Shown: positions 36,214 to 48,262, numbered from the whole stretch's first letter. The stretch is 58,445 nucleotides of DNA, filler included, from Sphacelaria rigidula (GCA_964200075.2; 6 parts of 6 records of this genome joined end to end with filler, not necessarily neighbours in it), one strand, 5' to 3'. The notes: a model not told the origin generated them from the sequence alone. Made by a program: numbers and translations.

Positions 36214-38932
36214 CTACCTCGTACCCGCACCGCTACCACTGCTACTGGAGCTACCACCATCATTTATGCTGCCCGTACCACTTGAGTTGGAAGCCTGTTC
36301 CTCACACTCGCTTGCCCAAGGGCACCAGTGCGTTGAAAAAGGGACGGCCGGCTCTACCTTTATTCCTGTCACCGCCCTCGCCTTTATTCCTGTCACCGCC
36401 CTCGCTTCTGACATGACTTTGCCATCAGACCTCGAGGGTATCTGTGCTGAGAGCAGCGGTAGTGTTGCATCATCCCGCCTTGGACCGGGGCACATACTAC
36501 GGCGAGTATCGACAACAGCATTTGAACCAGAGCCCGAGCAAGCTGCGCGTTTGCGTTTTATTCCTCGTACGTCGGCAACGCTTCCTCCTTCATCTTCCGT
36601 CGGGCTACGGCCGGATGTGGCTACGCTGATGTTAAGTTCTGCGGTGTCGCACACTGCAGTTGTGTTGTGTGTGGTAGTATGCTGTCGACAGCACCATGCC
36701 TCATCCAGGGTGTATCTCTCGGAGATACCCAGCTCGGAGCACCCCTTCATGCCGGAGTAACCATGTCCTACCCCCGCCATTCCCACCTTGGCATACTGAA
36801 AGCAGAACTCGGCCCTCTTGCTCCCCGCGACACCATGGGATGGTTGCTTCAGACAGCCCTCGTCGCCGCACCTCTTCTTGACATTTACCATCCCAGCCCT
36901 GACGTGCTGGGCGCAGAACTCCACCTTCTTGCTCCCTGCGACACCATACGACGTTTGCTTCAGACAGCCCCCATCGCCACACCTCTTGATAACTACGTCT
37001 ATCACTCCCGCCCTGGCGTGCTCAGCGCAAGCGTCCGCCTTCTTGCTTCCTACTACACCATACGACGGTCGCTTGAGACAGCCCTCGTTGCCGCGCCTCT
37101 TGCTTACCCCGTCCATCATTCCCGCCCTGGCGTGCTCAGCGCAAAACTCGGCCATTTTGCCTCCTGCTACACCATACGACGGCTGCTTGAGACAGCCCTC
37201 GTCGCCGCACCTTTCCTTCACCACGTCTACCATTCCCGCCCTGGCGTGCTCTGAGCAGAGCTGCGCCTTCATGCTTCCCGCTATACCACGCGACGTTCGC
37301 TTGAGACAGCGCTCATTTATGTACCTATTTTTTATATGTGCCATTCCCGTCTTGGCGTGCTTTGAGCAGAACGCAACCTTCTTGCTTCCTGCTACACCAT
37401 ACGACGGTTGCTTCAGACAGCCCTCGTCGCCGCACATCTTGCTCTTAACATTCGTCATTCGCGCCCTGGCGTGATCAGCGCAGAACTCCGCCTTCTTGCT
37501 TCCTGCGACACCATATGATGGTTGCTTGAGACAGCCCTCGTCGCCGCACCTCTGCTTGACATTTACCATTCCCGCCCTGGCGTGATCAGCGCAGAACTCC
37601 GCCTTCTTGCTTCCTGCGACACCATATGATGGGTGCTTCAGACAGTCCTCGTCGCCGCACCTCTTGTGCACAACATTCATCATTCCCGCCCTGGCGTGCT
37701 CAGCGCAGAACTCCGCCTTCTTGCTTCCTGCGACACCATACGACGGGTACCTCAGACAGCCCTCGTCGCCGCACATCTTGCTCTTTACATTCGTCATTCC
37801 CGCCCTGGCGTGCTCAGCGCAGAACTCCGCTTTCTTTCTTCCTGCGACACCATGCGATGAGTACTTGAGGCAGCCCTCGTCGCCGCACCTCTTCCTTACC
37901 ACGTCTATCATTCCCGCCCTGGCGTGCTCAGCGCAGAACTCCGCCTTCTTGCTTTTTGCTACGCCATACGATGGGTGCTTCAGACAGCCCTCGTCGCCAC
38001 ACCTCTTCTTCACCACATCTATCATTCCCGCCCTGGCGTGCTCTGCGCAAAACCCCGCCTTCTTGCTTCCTGCGACACCATACGACGGCTGCTTGGCACA
38101 GCCCTCGTCGCCGCACCTCTTGTGCACCACATTCGTCATTCCCACCCTGGCGTGCTCAGCGCAAAATTCCGCCTCTTTGCTTCCTGCTACACCATACGAC
38201 GGTCGCTTGGCACAGCCCTCCTCGGCGCACCTCTTCCTCACCACGTCCATCATTCCCGCCCTGGCGTGCTCAGCGCAGAACTCCGCCTTCTTGCTTCCGG
38301 CGACACCATATGACGGGTATCTCGGACAGCCCTCGTAGGCGCACCTCTTCCTCACCACGTCTATCATTCCCGCCCTGGCGTGCTCAGCGCAAAACTCCGC
38401 CTTCTTGCTTCCTGCTACACCATACGACGGCTGCTTAGCACAGCCCTCGTCGCCGCACCTCTTCTTCACATGTACCATTCCCGCCCTGGCGTGCTCAGCG
38501 CAAAGGTCTGCCTTTTTGCTTCCCGCTACACCAAACGATGGGTGCTTCAGACAGCCCTCGTCGCCGCACCTCTTGCTCACCACGTCCATCATTCCCGCCC
38601 TGGCGTGCTCAGCGCAGAACTCCGCCTTCTTGCTTCCAGCTACACCATATGACGGGTATCTCGGACAACCCTCGTCGGCGCACCTCTTCTTCACCACATC
38701 AATCATTTTCGACCTGGCGTGCTCAGCGCAGAACTCCGCCTTCTTGCTTCCTGCGACACCATACGACGGCTGCTTGGCACAGCCCTCGTCGCCGCACCTC
38801 TTCTTCACCACATCCATCATTCCCGCCCTGGCGTGCTCAGCGCAGAACTCCGCCTTTTTGCTTCCTGCTACACCATACGATGGGTGCTTCAGACAGCCCT
38901 CGTCGCCACACCTCTTGCTCACTACATCTATC
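36214..38932 (-). CDS. EsV-1-7 cysteine-rich repeat protein, 5'-truncated, at least 19 repeats
   Basis: Open frame of >900 aa; 37-38-aa repeats C-X4-C-X16-C-X2-H (KRCGDEGCLKHPSYGVAGSKKAEFCAEHARAGMMDVV), the EsV-1-7 motif of brown algae and phaeoviruses; low-complexity tail. Confidence 0.93.
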
Positions 38933-39032
38933 NNNNNNNNNNNNNNNNNNNNNNNNNNNNNNNNNNNNNNNNNNNNTTAATTAATTAANNNNNNNNNNNN
39001 NNNNNNNNNNNNNNNNNNNNNNNNNNNNNNNN
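38933..39032. other. Artificial contig linker
   Basis: N44-TTAATTAATTAA-N44. Confidence 0.97.
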
Positions 39033-40244
39033 AGGGATGCGAGGTCAATGGTCTGACGACTATGGCATGCATGGTCATGAGTACACCCCCCCCTCCTCTT
39101 CAGGCCTCGCCCGTTGTGAGTTTTTCCAAAATCCGACGCGGTGGGTACCGGTATCCTTGTTTTAGCCTGTGTTTTCTGGAAAAGAGGAGTATTTTAGGGA
39201 AGATCAGAGTCCGTCTGACATAAGGTCTGTCAAAACGTCTCCCATCAAGCACGTTGCGGCTAGCGGTACAGAAAGTACACACAGCATAGTAAGATGCAGC
39301 CGCAGCAGAGCACTACAGCCAGTACCTCTGTGCAGTCTTGGTGCAATAACGCGGATAGTGCACACAGCTACAGGACACGGTTTTATTTCTACTTGCACGT
39401 ACGTATGCATATGCAAACGGCACGGGCATGTCACCCGATGCATGTAAACATGGCGATACGCATTACATACAGTACAGAGCTAAAGACAAGACACAATGAA
39501 GCAACGGCTGTTTCTTACACCGAATTAATTATGACAAGTATCGCGCGGGCGGGGAGTCCCACCTTGGTGCTGAATCCGCCAGAAGCATTCCCGTAGCTGA
39601 AGTCATAATGAACGGTTTCGGAACTATTTTGGTCGAGAAAAAATGTCGGAGAAGGATCACTCTGCCCGAACTTTTCTCAGAGCCTTGTTTAGGATTTTTA
39701 CAAGAAGCGGCCTAGTCGAGTTGAACGTTGAATTTATGTAGATATTTGCTTCAGGTGCAGTGGACAGAAAACGATCGGCATACCTTTTCATCGTTTGTGG
39801 ATAGTAAAATAGGGTGAAAAGCAACAGCATGGTATTTTCGTGCCAACGAAAACGCGTGTTTGACTCGATGACTTTTCGCTATTATTATTGATGACACGCA
39901 ACGCTGCTTCTGTTCAACCGAAATGTACTCTTGACGCATGTGTATAATAGTACCACGAGGAAACCTAGGAAAAACAAGCAGAATGGTGGCTCGCACCGCA
40001 ACAACTTTTCCGAGAACCCTCTCAAGCATTGTAATGCGCAAAAAACTGGGCCGGAATGGGGACGTTGACGGTATTGTTCGTCTCCTTATTTCCTGGGGCG
40101 TCGCCTTTTTCTTCGTGGACTGAATATGCATGTATCATGCTGGCTACTCATCGCATCATTTTTTGTCGGCTACCTTCATCGCCATGTCTTGACCCTTTTG
40201 ACGCCGAGGCTGTCACCCAGAGATGATGTCAATACAGCACCAGA

Positions 40245-40515
40245 TTCCTTTTTTTTTGTCGCACTTGAAACCCCTCCCTCGCCTTGGGACGAGTCCGTGG
40301 TCCCAAGGGATCGACCCATCTCTCCCCGGTACTACGCCTTGAATTTTGGTCTCGCGGATTGGATCATGACCAACACTTTTTGTTTACTCTCACGTACTCA
40401 CGCTTCCAACTGTGGAAATCAGATACTTCGAAGAAAAAGAGCAACGCATCGGAAATCGAACCCGCGTTCGTTCCACCCTGATAGCGACAGTAGGACCATT
40501 ATACCACTGGGCGCG
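40245..40515 (-). mobile_element. tRNA-derived SINE-like element
   Basis: Minus strand: A box TGGTATAATGG (40506-40496), B box GGTTCGATTTCC (40462-40451), 3' body homologous to 13915-14040, A-rich tail. Confidence 0.65.
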
Positions 40516-42599
40516 GCAAGCAGTACAGACAGTACAATGAGTTAAGCCACAGTCGAGACGATCTGACAAATGCGTGCAAGGTCAAGCGTGCTCGAGGTAT
40601 GCCAGCACTGCTTCCAAAGTTCAAAGATTGCGAGAGCATACAGTAGGGATATATACATATATATATATATATATATATCGCATGTATCGCGGTCGCTACT
40701 CTAGTAGCTGCCAGCGTACACCACGTCCGAATCATGAGGGCACACGAGTAGCCGCCACAAACACGTTTGAGCCAAGACGTACATGCTCGTACTGTGTATT
40801 CCCTTGACTCGTAGCCCAACACCGGTCAAGGGTTCCGCAGCACTATTTTTTATCCAGATGCTCAACATCCCCGTGTTGGTGTAAATAGGCATTGTCTTTT
40901 TGGACAGCTATTCTGAACCCAAGATGTACTACAGATGTTCTGAAAGCGACCTGCGGGGGGTAGGAGCCTAACGGGGCCAGTCATACAGATGGCCTTGGAT
41001 GCCTGGCTAGTTTGGGGGGATTGGAATTGTTGTTGTGGTGAAAGGCTTCCACGTAGAAGTAGTTCTGGGCCCGCCGGGTCTTTGCCACGCACACGCATTT
41101 ATCCGCGTTATACTCATTGTCAGTAAAGCTAGCACAGCACAGAGTATTGAGCAATCTCGATGGAATGCGTACGAGTTGCGAGTGCGGAAAATGTGCTGAC
41201 GGAGTCTTGAGCGTATACAGCGGGGAGTCCCATGCTGTGTGGTACAGACAGCCCCCCAAAACTCCAACCCGCTCCGCTTCACCATGGGTGTAGTCTATAC
41301 ATTTGCGATACAGTACGCCAAGAAAAGAAGAGTTGATGTCTACGTCTAGTACCCAAGAGCCATAACAGGGCCATTCAAATATAGAATCGTCATACTCCGC
41401 CCGAGCATGTCAGGCCCTGTTCTCGGAACAGAAAATCTTGAGTGCCCTAAGAGTTAACCCCTTCAGTACCCGTTCGCCGACAGGCCGTTTTGTTTTTCCA
41501 TCGGAAATTCGAAATTGTTGTGTTGGCGGAGGAGTCAATGCTTTGATGTAAATGAGGGGCTCCGGACCGGCCAGGCCATTGCCACGCACAGCTCGTGGTA
41601 ATTTATGCAGTGCTCGGAAATGGTACCAGTGATAACTGGCCATTATCATCATAATGATGATGATGGTGATGGTTATATGAAAAATTCGGATAATGGTTTG
41701 AAACCATTATTTAAGTTCAACTTTAACGTATTTTTGAGCTCTATAGAAGCCAACTCACGCGAAAACGTGCCTCCGGTGGGGCCCCCTCTGCGGAGAGGAA
41801 GGGCTTTTTGGCTCGCGGCTTCGCCGCTTGATGACCAAACCATCATGTACCATTCAACTGGGTAATGGTTATACATGCCATTTCCGGGCGCTAATTTTCT
41901 GGTGATGCTTGCACACTACCAGTAAACTGCTATCCCTTTGCGTGCATGTCCGCTCTTGTAAGTGTTAACGACAATGCTGGAGGAATACGAAGGCGTACAG
42001 GGCGCAGTCATCCTCTTCGCCATAAGCGTTGCACAAACACAACCTAGATTACAACAACAGCACGAACTTGGCTGCTCAACCGTGTTGAGCTGCTGCGATC
42101 CTGTTTGTTGTGAAATGACGTACAGAACGCGAAAGCCTCGGCACTCGAGCGTCCCGCTACGGTCTTCCTCGTGTACAATATCGACATCCTCCATGGGACT
42201 GATCAGGAGCCGCAGTAGGTAGGCCGCGGGTGCTGAAACGATCAACCCTGTGACCCCAGGGGTGACCATCTGTTGAATCGACATTACTCTTACCCCTCCG
42301 AAAAATTGAGACCCAGGTACGCGATAATACGGTGTACACGACCCGTACGTAGTGTACGACACCTCCTCTCATGGGTGGGTTCTAAAAAACGGGAGTAAAA
42401 AGTTCTCGATGGTGTTGGGAATTGTGGAAAATTATTATTATTGTTATTTCCGTACATAAGTTCGACCTCTCGAACCCGTGGTCACAGACGTACTGTAGGC
42501 TCGTCTTTCCAATATCGTCCATACTACTCTCACGAGAGAAGAAAAAATCTATTTCTTCCGTGACCCTTTTAGGACCGGACGCCCGGAAACATGGTGTTT

Positions 42600-42972
42600 A
42601 CGACACTTTCTACGATAGCCTCCCCGCCCAAAAACAGCTAAAGCGAGCAACAAATGAGTACGCTCCCCCCCCCCAAAAAAAACAGCCCAAAAGTGTCACG
42701 AAAAAAATGGTCATACAGCACGTGGTGTTTGGGTTCAGGCTGTATGAAGCGCCTCATTCGAGCGATATTGGCGAGAATTAACCCAAGCGTGGGAATTTCC
42801 AGCTGCTCGTTGTGCTCGGCTTTATCCATTTTAATTTTCGTCAAGATTTTGCCTCCCCAATTTGGTGGGGGGGGGGGCGTTCTCATGTGTTGCTTGCCTC
42901 AGTCGTTTGACCTTTGACCATGCATCCCTTTCGAGACGGAGCGGGGGGGGGGGGCTACCGTAGAAAGTGTTC
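42600..42972. repeat. Decayed symmetric (inverted-repeat) element; related arm at ~48860-48900
   Basis: CACTTTCTACGATAGCC...GGCTACCGTAGAAAGTG outer pair; GCAACAAATGAGTACGC...GCGTTCTCATGTGTTGC inner pair. Confidence 0.6.
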
Positions 42973-45196
42973 TGCGCGCAGGGGCCTTTCGGTAAATCAG
43001 CATCATTCCCAGTCGTTTTCAAGTAAAAATGATGCCGATTCACAAAAAGGCCGCTGCGCGCAAACACTAAGTTTCTGGGAGTTCGGTCCCTAAAGGCCCG
43101 AAGGGTTAATGGTGGCTTTTGGTCAATATATTAAATATTTCTGAAAGGCCAAAAATTGGGGAGAGGGGGGGGGCGGGGTATGTTGCTGGGGGGATGTACT
43201 CATTCATGAGCTTGCAAGCTGTTGACCTCGCATCCCTACAGAGGCGGGACGGAGCACGCCGGGTTTTCGCCGGACCAGGGGAGGAGGGAAGGGGAGAATG
43301 CTTAAACTGAGAGATATGCACCCCTCGCCCTGGATGATCAATTTTGCGAATTCGTGGCACCATGTCACCCTACGGCATCTTGGGGTACGTGTGTATAGGA
43401 CCACCCCCAGATGATGACGTTTCGGGGCCCAAGATATCATCAATCGGGGGTGGTATACCACCGGGTTCTACCGTAACTCACGTTGGCAGTCGAAGAGTCG
43501 CCGTTAGAATGGGTCATGTGTCGAATTGGCATCACTCTCACTCGCGAAATGAATCCTAAGGCCCACATGAGCCTGTCTGGCGGGCCAACGCGTCAAGCCT
43601 CTGAGCCCCAACGTTAAGCCGTATGTTGAATCGGCATCAAGTCACGAAGAGCCGGATGTGGAACTTCAAGTTCGGCGAACGGTATGCAGCGGAGGAAGCT
43701 GACACTTCGTCCATGAGAAAAAAATCATGTTCAACCGAGACATGAGGAAATCGACCACGCGCTGAGTAAGTAGTGAGACATGCGAAAGAGAGTAAAACAT
43801 CATGTTCCTGCACTGCTGCACTCGACACACGTCATGCTGGCTCCTATTGAAAGTGTGACCCAGGTGACCACGTTCGGGGTGGTCATGCGGCACTGACTAG
43901 CCGCACGCGCATGAATTTTGTTGGTGCACCCGGGTACCACGTATAATTATTCCGTTCCGCAGTTGTTGTGTCAGCCGGGCAGTGGCATACGAAGAGAGGG
44001 AGCACTTTCACACCTACAAGATCAAAGTTTCATTCAAAATCATGAGACCAGTCGAACATACGCGCTCCCTTTTTCTTCATTTTTCCAGAGCGCTGCTGTG
44101 TGTCACCTCTGCTGGAGGCAGGTGGTCCACAAGGGCCTAAAATGTCAACGGACAGTACAAGGATCTTTGACTGAAAACACATTGCAGGGCCCAAATAAAA
44201 GGCACGGATGGATCTTCGCCGTACGATGTAGCGTAGCGCCTTACATCCGTCACCTCTTCCTGGCGCTTGCTCATGTTCACACGGCACAGTGGTCTTCATT
44301 GCACCCAAAATGGTTCGATGCTAGAGCGGGGGGGGGGGCTTGCCAAGTGAGTTTCCAGTCATGCAGCTCTCGACCGTTTGTTTGTGCGTTTTCCTTTTTT
44401 CCGGCGCACGTTCGACACAAGGTCATACAATGGTAACATCAGTCAGTTCCCATCCAATTGTGAAGCGATTAGACTCAAGCGAAGTATATGGTGATCAGCT
44501 CATGAATGAACAGTTACGGCTCGAGCTGTGCTGTGGCTACTGTTTCCTGAGACAGTGGGCTCCGGAAGTTACTTGCGTTGCGTGGCTGTACCGGAGGTCT
44601 GTGTCATCATATCTGGTCGTCGCGTTCTGTTCCTCGTCAAGCAGAACAACTATCTTCGGCGAACAGCATGAATAATTATCTCGTTTTTTGTAAGGTCAAA
44701 CACCACTCTTCGTCGGAGAAACATCTTCCACAGCACGAAGGGCGGTTTCGAGAATCCCTCTTGGGAGATGTGGGGGGGCGGGGGAGGGTGTACTCATCTG
44801 CTGGCCTTCGTCATTTGACCACTGGCCACGCATCCCTTTCGAGACGGAGCACCGTTCCTACTCCTATCGGAGACACCTGCAATATTTGGGCGCTCACCAC
44901 GTCTGTTCTATATGCTACACATGTTATTATGACCTCTGTACGACCCGACCCGTTCTAATAACCCCGGGCCAGTCAACCCGGACCGTCTTCTCGGGTCTGT
45001 CACCCTGGAACTGTCATAATCCAATCCCCAGTCTGGGAGTGTCATTCTCCCGTGTCAGGATGCCCCCTCGGGGGCGCATCCCCCTCCCCGTCAGTTATGT
45101 ACCTCAACCCAAACCGGCTTGCAAAGTCCGTCCTGTTCAAGTCCACGTCACGGCTCCGCACACTCCGTACCTTTTCACCGAGTGGGGAGCTACAAC

Positions 45197-45198
<2 letters not shown>

Positions 45199-45250
<52 letters not shown>
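45199..45250. repeat. (AC)n microsatellite, possibly a retroposon tail
   Basis: Perfect AC run. Confidence 0.95.
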
Positions 45251-45251
<1 letters not shown>

Positions 45252-46269
45252 GTCCGGGTAGGATAAGTCACACTCACTGTCCGACTGTGTCTTATACACA
45301 AAACCCTCCATATATCTTGTCCCCTCCGTGATTCGCCTTCTGTGGCCACCATCTACGTATTTATCTCCCAGTTTAGCGATCGTTTTCTCGTCACTCTGTC
45401 ATGTTCCGAACGATTTTATGCCACCTTCGTGTACTTCACACATTTCTCGTCTAACACTCCCCGTTGCTCGTTGTATAATTCATCTTGTGTCACTACACAC
45501 ACTCTACTCTTTATTGCTTTGCCACATGGGCAATTCTGCGCATCTACTTTCTACTCCACTAGACTTCTCGTATACCTCCTCCTTTCTGGCATGTCCAGGT
45601 CCCCAGCCCGAAATAGCAGTCTCAACCTTTTCGCGGAGTCCATCAGAGCATATATATATATATATATATCCCTACTCCCTCCTTAACCCCCCCCCCCCCC
45701 GTAAACTTCGGGTGCTTTTCTTCCTCCACTTTCTGTCTCAGCGATTACTGTCTCTTATTTCTTTCATGTCTCTCACTTTTCCCTTGTACCCCCACATTCA
45801 CCTATCTATGGGCATTATCTCTTCTTGGTATCCTCTTATGTCCTTCGATACTTCCTCGACTACGCTATTACACCTTATTCTAGCCTGCCCTGTCATTACT
45901 TCCTCCCATACAGCCCTACCAACTGTGGGGGTGAGGGAGGAAGAACCTCATCACCGCCATCGATCAGATGTTTTTTATTCGTCCTGTCGACCGTTTGACG
46001 GCCAGGTTGGTCATCTGGGCCATGAAGTGATTTTTCAAGTGTAAATTATGACGATTCAACAGTTCACCTACCCTAGCCGTCGAAGGTTTTGAACATGTGA
46101 GCGCCCGCAGATCGAACCCCCTTCAAGTTCAATCTTCATTTTCCAAGTGACCTTGATGCCCATAGAACAGATTATGAACGAAGGCAGTCTAGGTGGTCAA
46201 AGGGCTACAAACTGGGGGGAGTGTCAGTATTTTAATCCTCTGACCGCAAGGGTATTCAGTAGCAGTTAA

Positions 46270-46369
46270 CCCTTAGACCGCGAGGTTAGTCTTATGTTGA
46301 ATCGGCATCAATTTCAAGTGAAAAAAAAGTATGCATGATCCAGAAAGACTAATCTTCGCGGTCTAAGGG
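46270..46369. mobile_element. 100-bp TTAA-flanked piggyBac-like MITE
   Basis: TTAA-CCCTTAGACCGCGA...TCGCGGTCTAAGGG-TTAA, perfect 14-bp TIR. Confidence 0.9.
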
Positions 46370-46373
46370 TTAA

Positions 46374-46673
46374 CCGGCGTTGCGCGACATATATTCAAGG
46401 TTGACAACATCACTTTATTCAAGTGTGCAACGATAATCGGATCTTTAGTAAGTCTGACAGTCCCGTGTGCTCCTGGCGTGCGCAGAACGCGTTCTCGTTG
46501 AAATCGGCGCCACAGGCGCCAATTTGGGGTCTATCGAGGCCGTACGTTGCCTAGGGACTGCTATGTACCGCCCTTGCCCGAGGGTTCTCGGTATGCGTTG
46601 GGTTGGGGTTAGGGTTAGGGGTAGTGATACTTGTAGAATGTGTCAACCATGAACATTTGTAGCCCAACGCCGG
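46374..46673. mobile_element. 300-bp TTAA-flanked MITE of a second family
   Basis: TTAA-CCGGCGTTG...CAACGCCGG-TTAA with imperfect ~33-bp TIRs; internal GGTTGGGGTTAGGGTTAGGGG. Confidence 0.8.
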
Positions 46674-47505
46674 TTAACTAGTCTCAGGGTATTCGCAAGA
46701 ACGCTGGGTCTCGCATCTCATTTTTCGGGTGTAAATGTCAACAGATAACCTACCCAGGCGGTCAAGGGGTTGAAAAATTTGTCAGCGAGAAAGGACGGTG
46801 TCCTCGTTCTGTGTGCATGTTCGCGTTTTTTGCACGGTTTGGGCCCTCAGATAAATATTCAAATCCAGAGCGAGAAGAGGCAGTTGATGTCTTTCCTATC
46901 GACGAAAAATCGCGCTGTGCCCGACCTCAAATGTTACACGAGGGCACTCTGATCACGAAAGATATTCTGCGCCCGATACAACGCCCGATAGCCCGGATTG
47001 TAGTTCTCAATTACCTGTTGTGGTAATTTGTGTCGATGATTAGTAGGTGACAAGTGACGAACTGAAGCAGCTGTTGTCCATTTATGTGTGGTCAAATGCC
47101 AGTCAGTTGGTCCAAACTGGTTGTTATTGTTGAATAACGATTGTGACAAACTTCGATGCACATGGCTGTTGCTTGCTCGATATATTGCATCAACGCCACT
47201 GAAAAAACAGTGCCTAGTACTGTTTTTGCTGCGGTGGGCTGTGTTCTGTGCGTGGCTACAAGTACTCGTGAGACGAGCGGTAGCCTCTGTAGGTGCCTGG
47301 TTCATTGCGTTGAACTGTCGAGCATACACGACGTTTCCAACCGCGACACATGACAACCGATTAACTCCTTTTTGACTGGTGTACCATTTTTTCGCGCCAT
47401 GTTCGTGCCGGAAGAAGCTAGGATTACTTCGAAGATCCGTGATGCACTAAAATTCTGAAAATTCCTCAGAGTTTGAAATTACAACAACAGCTGCCCCCCC
47501 CACCC

Positions 47506-47541
<36 letters not shown>

Positions 47542-47730
47542 ACCCCCCTCCTCCNNNNNNNNNNAAAAGGAATACTTCACGAGCTCCCTGGTCCACAAAA
47601 ACTTCAAAAACCCCCCCCAATTTAAATAAAAAACACACCCCCCCCCCCCCCCCCCCCCCCCGCGCGCCCATTTCACCTCTACTCTATTGACCCGTTGATC
47701 GTGATTATCCGGCTTATTCATTACTCCGAT

Positions 47731-48262
47731 TTAACCCTTTGATCGCGATGGTAGGTCACCTTCTGAATCGGCATCAATTTCACGTGAAAAAAGTATGCAT
47801 GATCCAGATGGACTATCCGCATCGTGGTCTGAGGGTTAACCCTTGGACCCCTCGGACCCCGAGGGGGGTAGCTCATCAAGATCACGCATATCTTTTTCAA
47901 GTGAAAATTGATGCCGATTTAACCGATGACCTACTCTCGCCGCGTAAGGGTTAACCGTTAGACGGCGAGGATAGTCCATCCGGATCATGGATACTTTTTT
48001 CAAGCTAATATTGATGCCGATTCAGCAGGTGATCTACCCTCGCAGCCCAAGGGTTGACCCTTGAACAGCGGGAGTAGGTCATCTGTTGAATCGGCATCAA
48101 TATTAGCTTGAAAAAAGTATCCATGATCCGGATGGACTATCCTCGCCGTCTAGCGGTTAACCCTTGGACCGCGAGGTTAGTCTTGTGTTGAATCGGCATC
48201 AATTTCAAGTGAAAAAAAGTATGCATGATCCAGAAAGACTAATCTTGCGGTCTAAGGGTCAA
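47731..48262. mobile_element. Chain of five ~100-bp TTAA MITEs, orientation + - - + +
   Basis: Units 47735-47835, 47840-47950, 47955-48053, 48058-48156 and 48161-48258, separated by single TTAA/TTGA sites; each has the core AATCGGCATCAAT or its complement. Confidence 0.9.

Noticed and set aside
36667-38988. Long repetitive plus-strand ORFs (LLPATPYDG..., etc.)
   Set aside because: Antisense shadows of the EsV-1-7 repeat frame.
46600-46625. Telomere
   Set aside because: Only about two perfect TTAGGG units, internal to a MITE.
47731-48262. CRISPR-like or integron-like array
   Set aside because: Units are mutually homologous TIR elements in mixed orientation with no unique spacers; no cas or integrase gene nearby; eukaryotic context.
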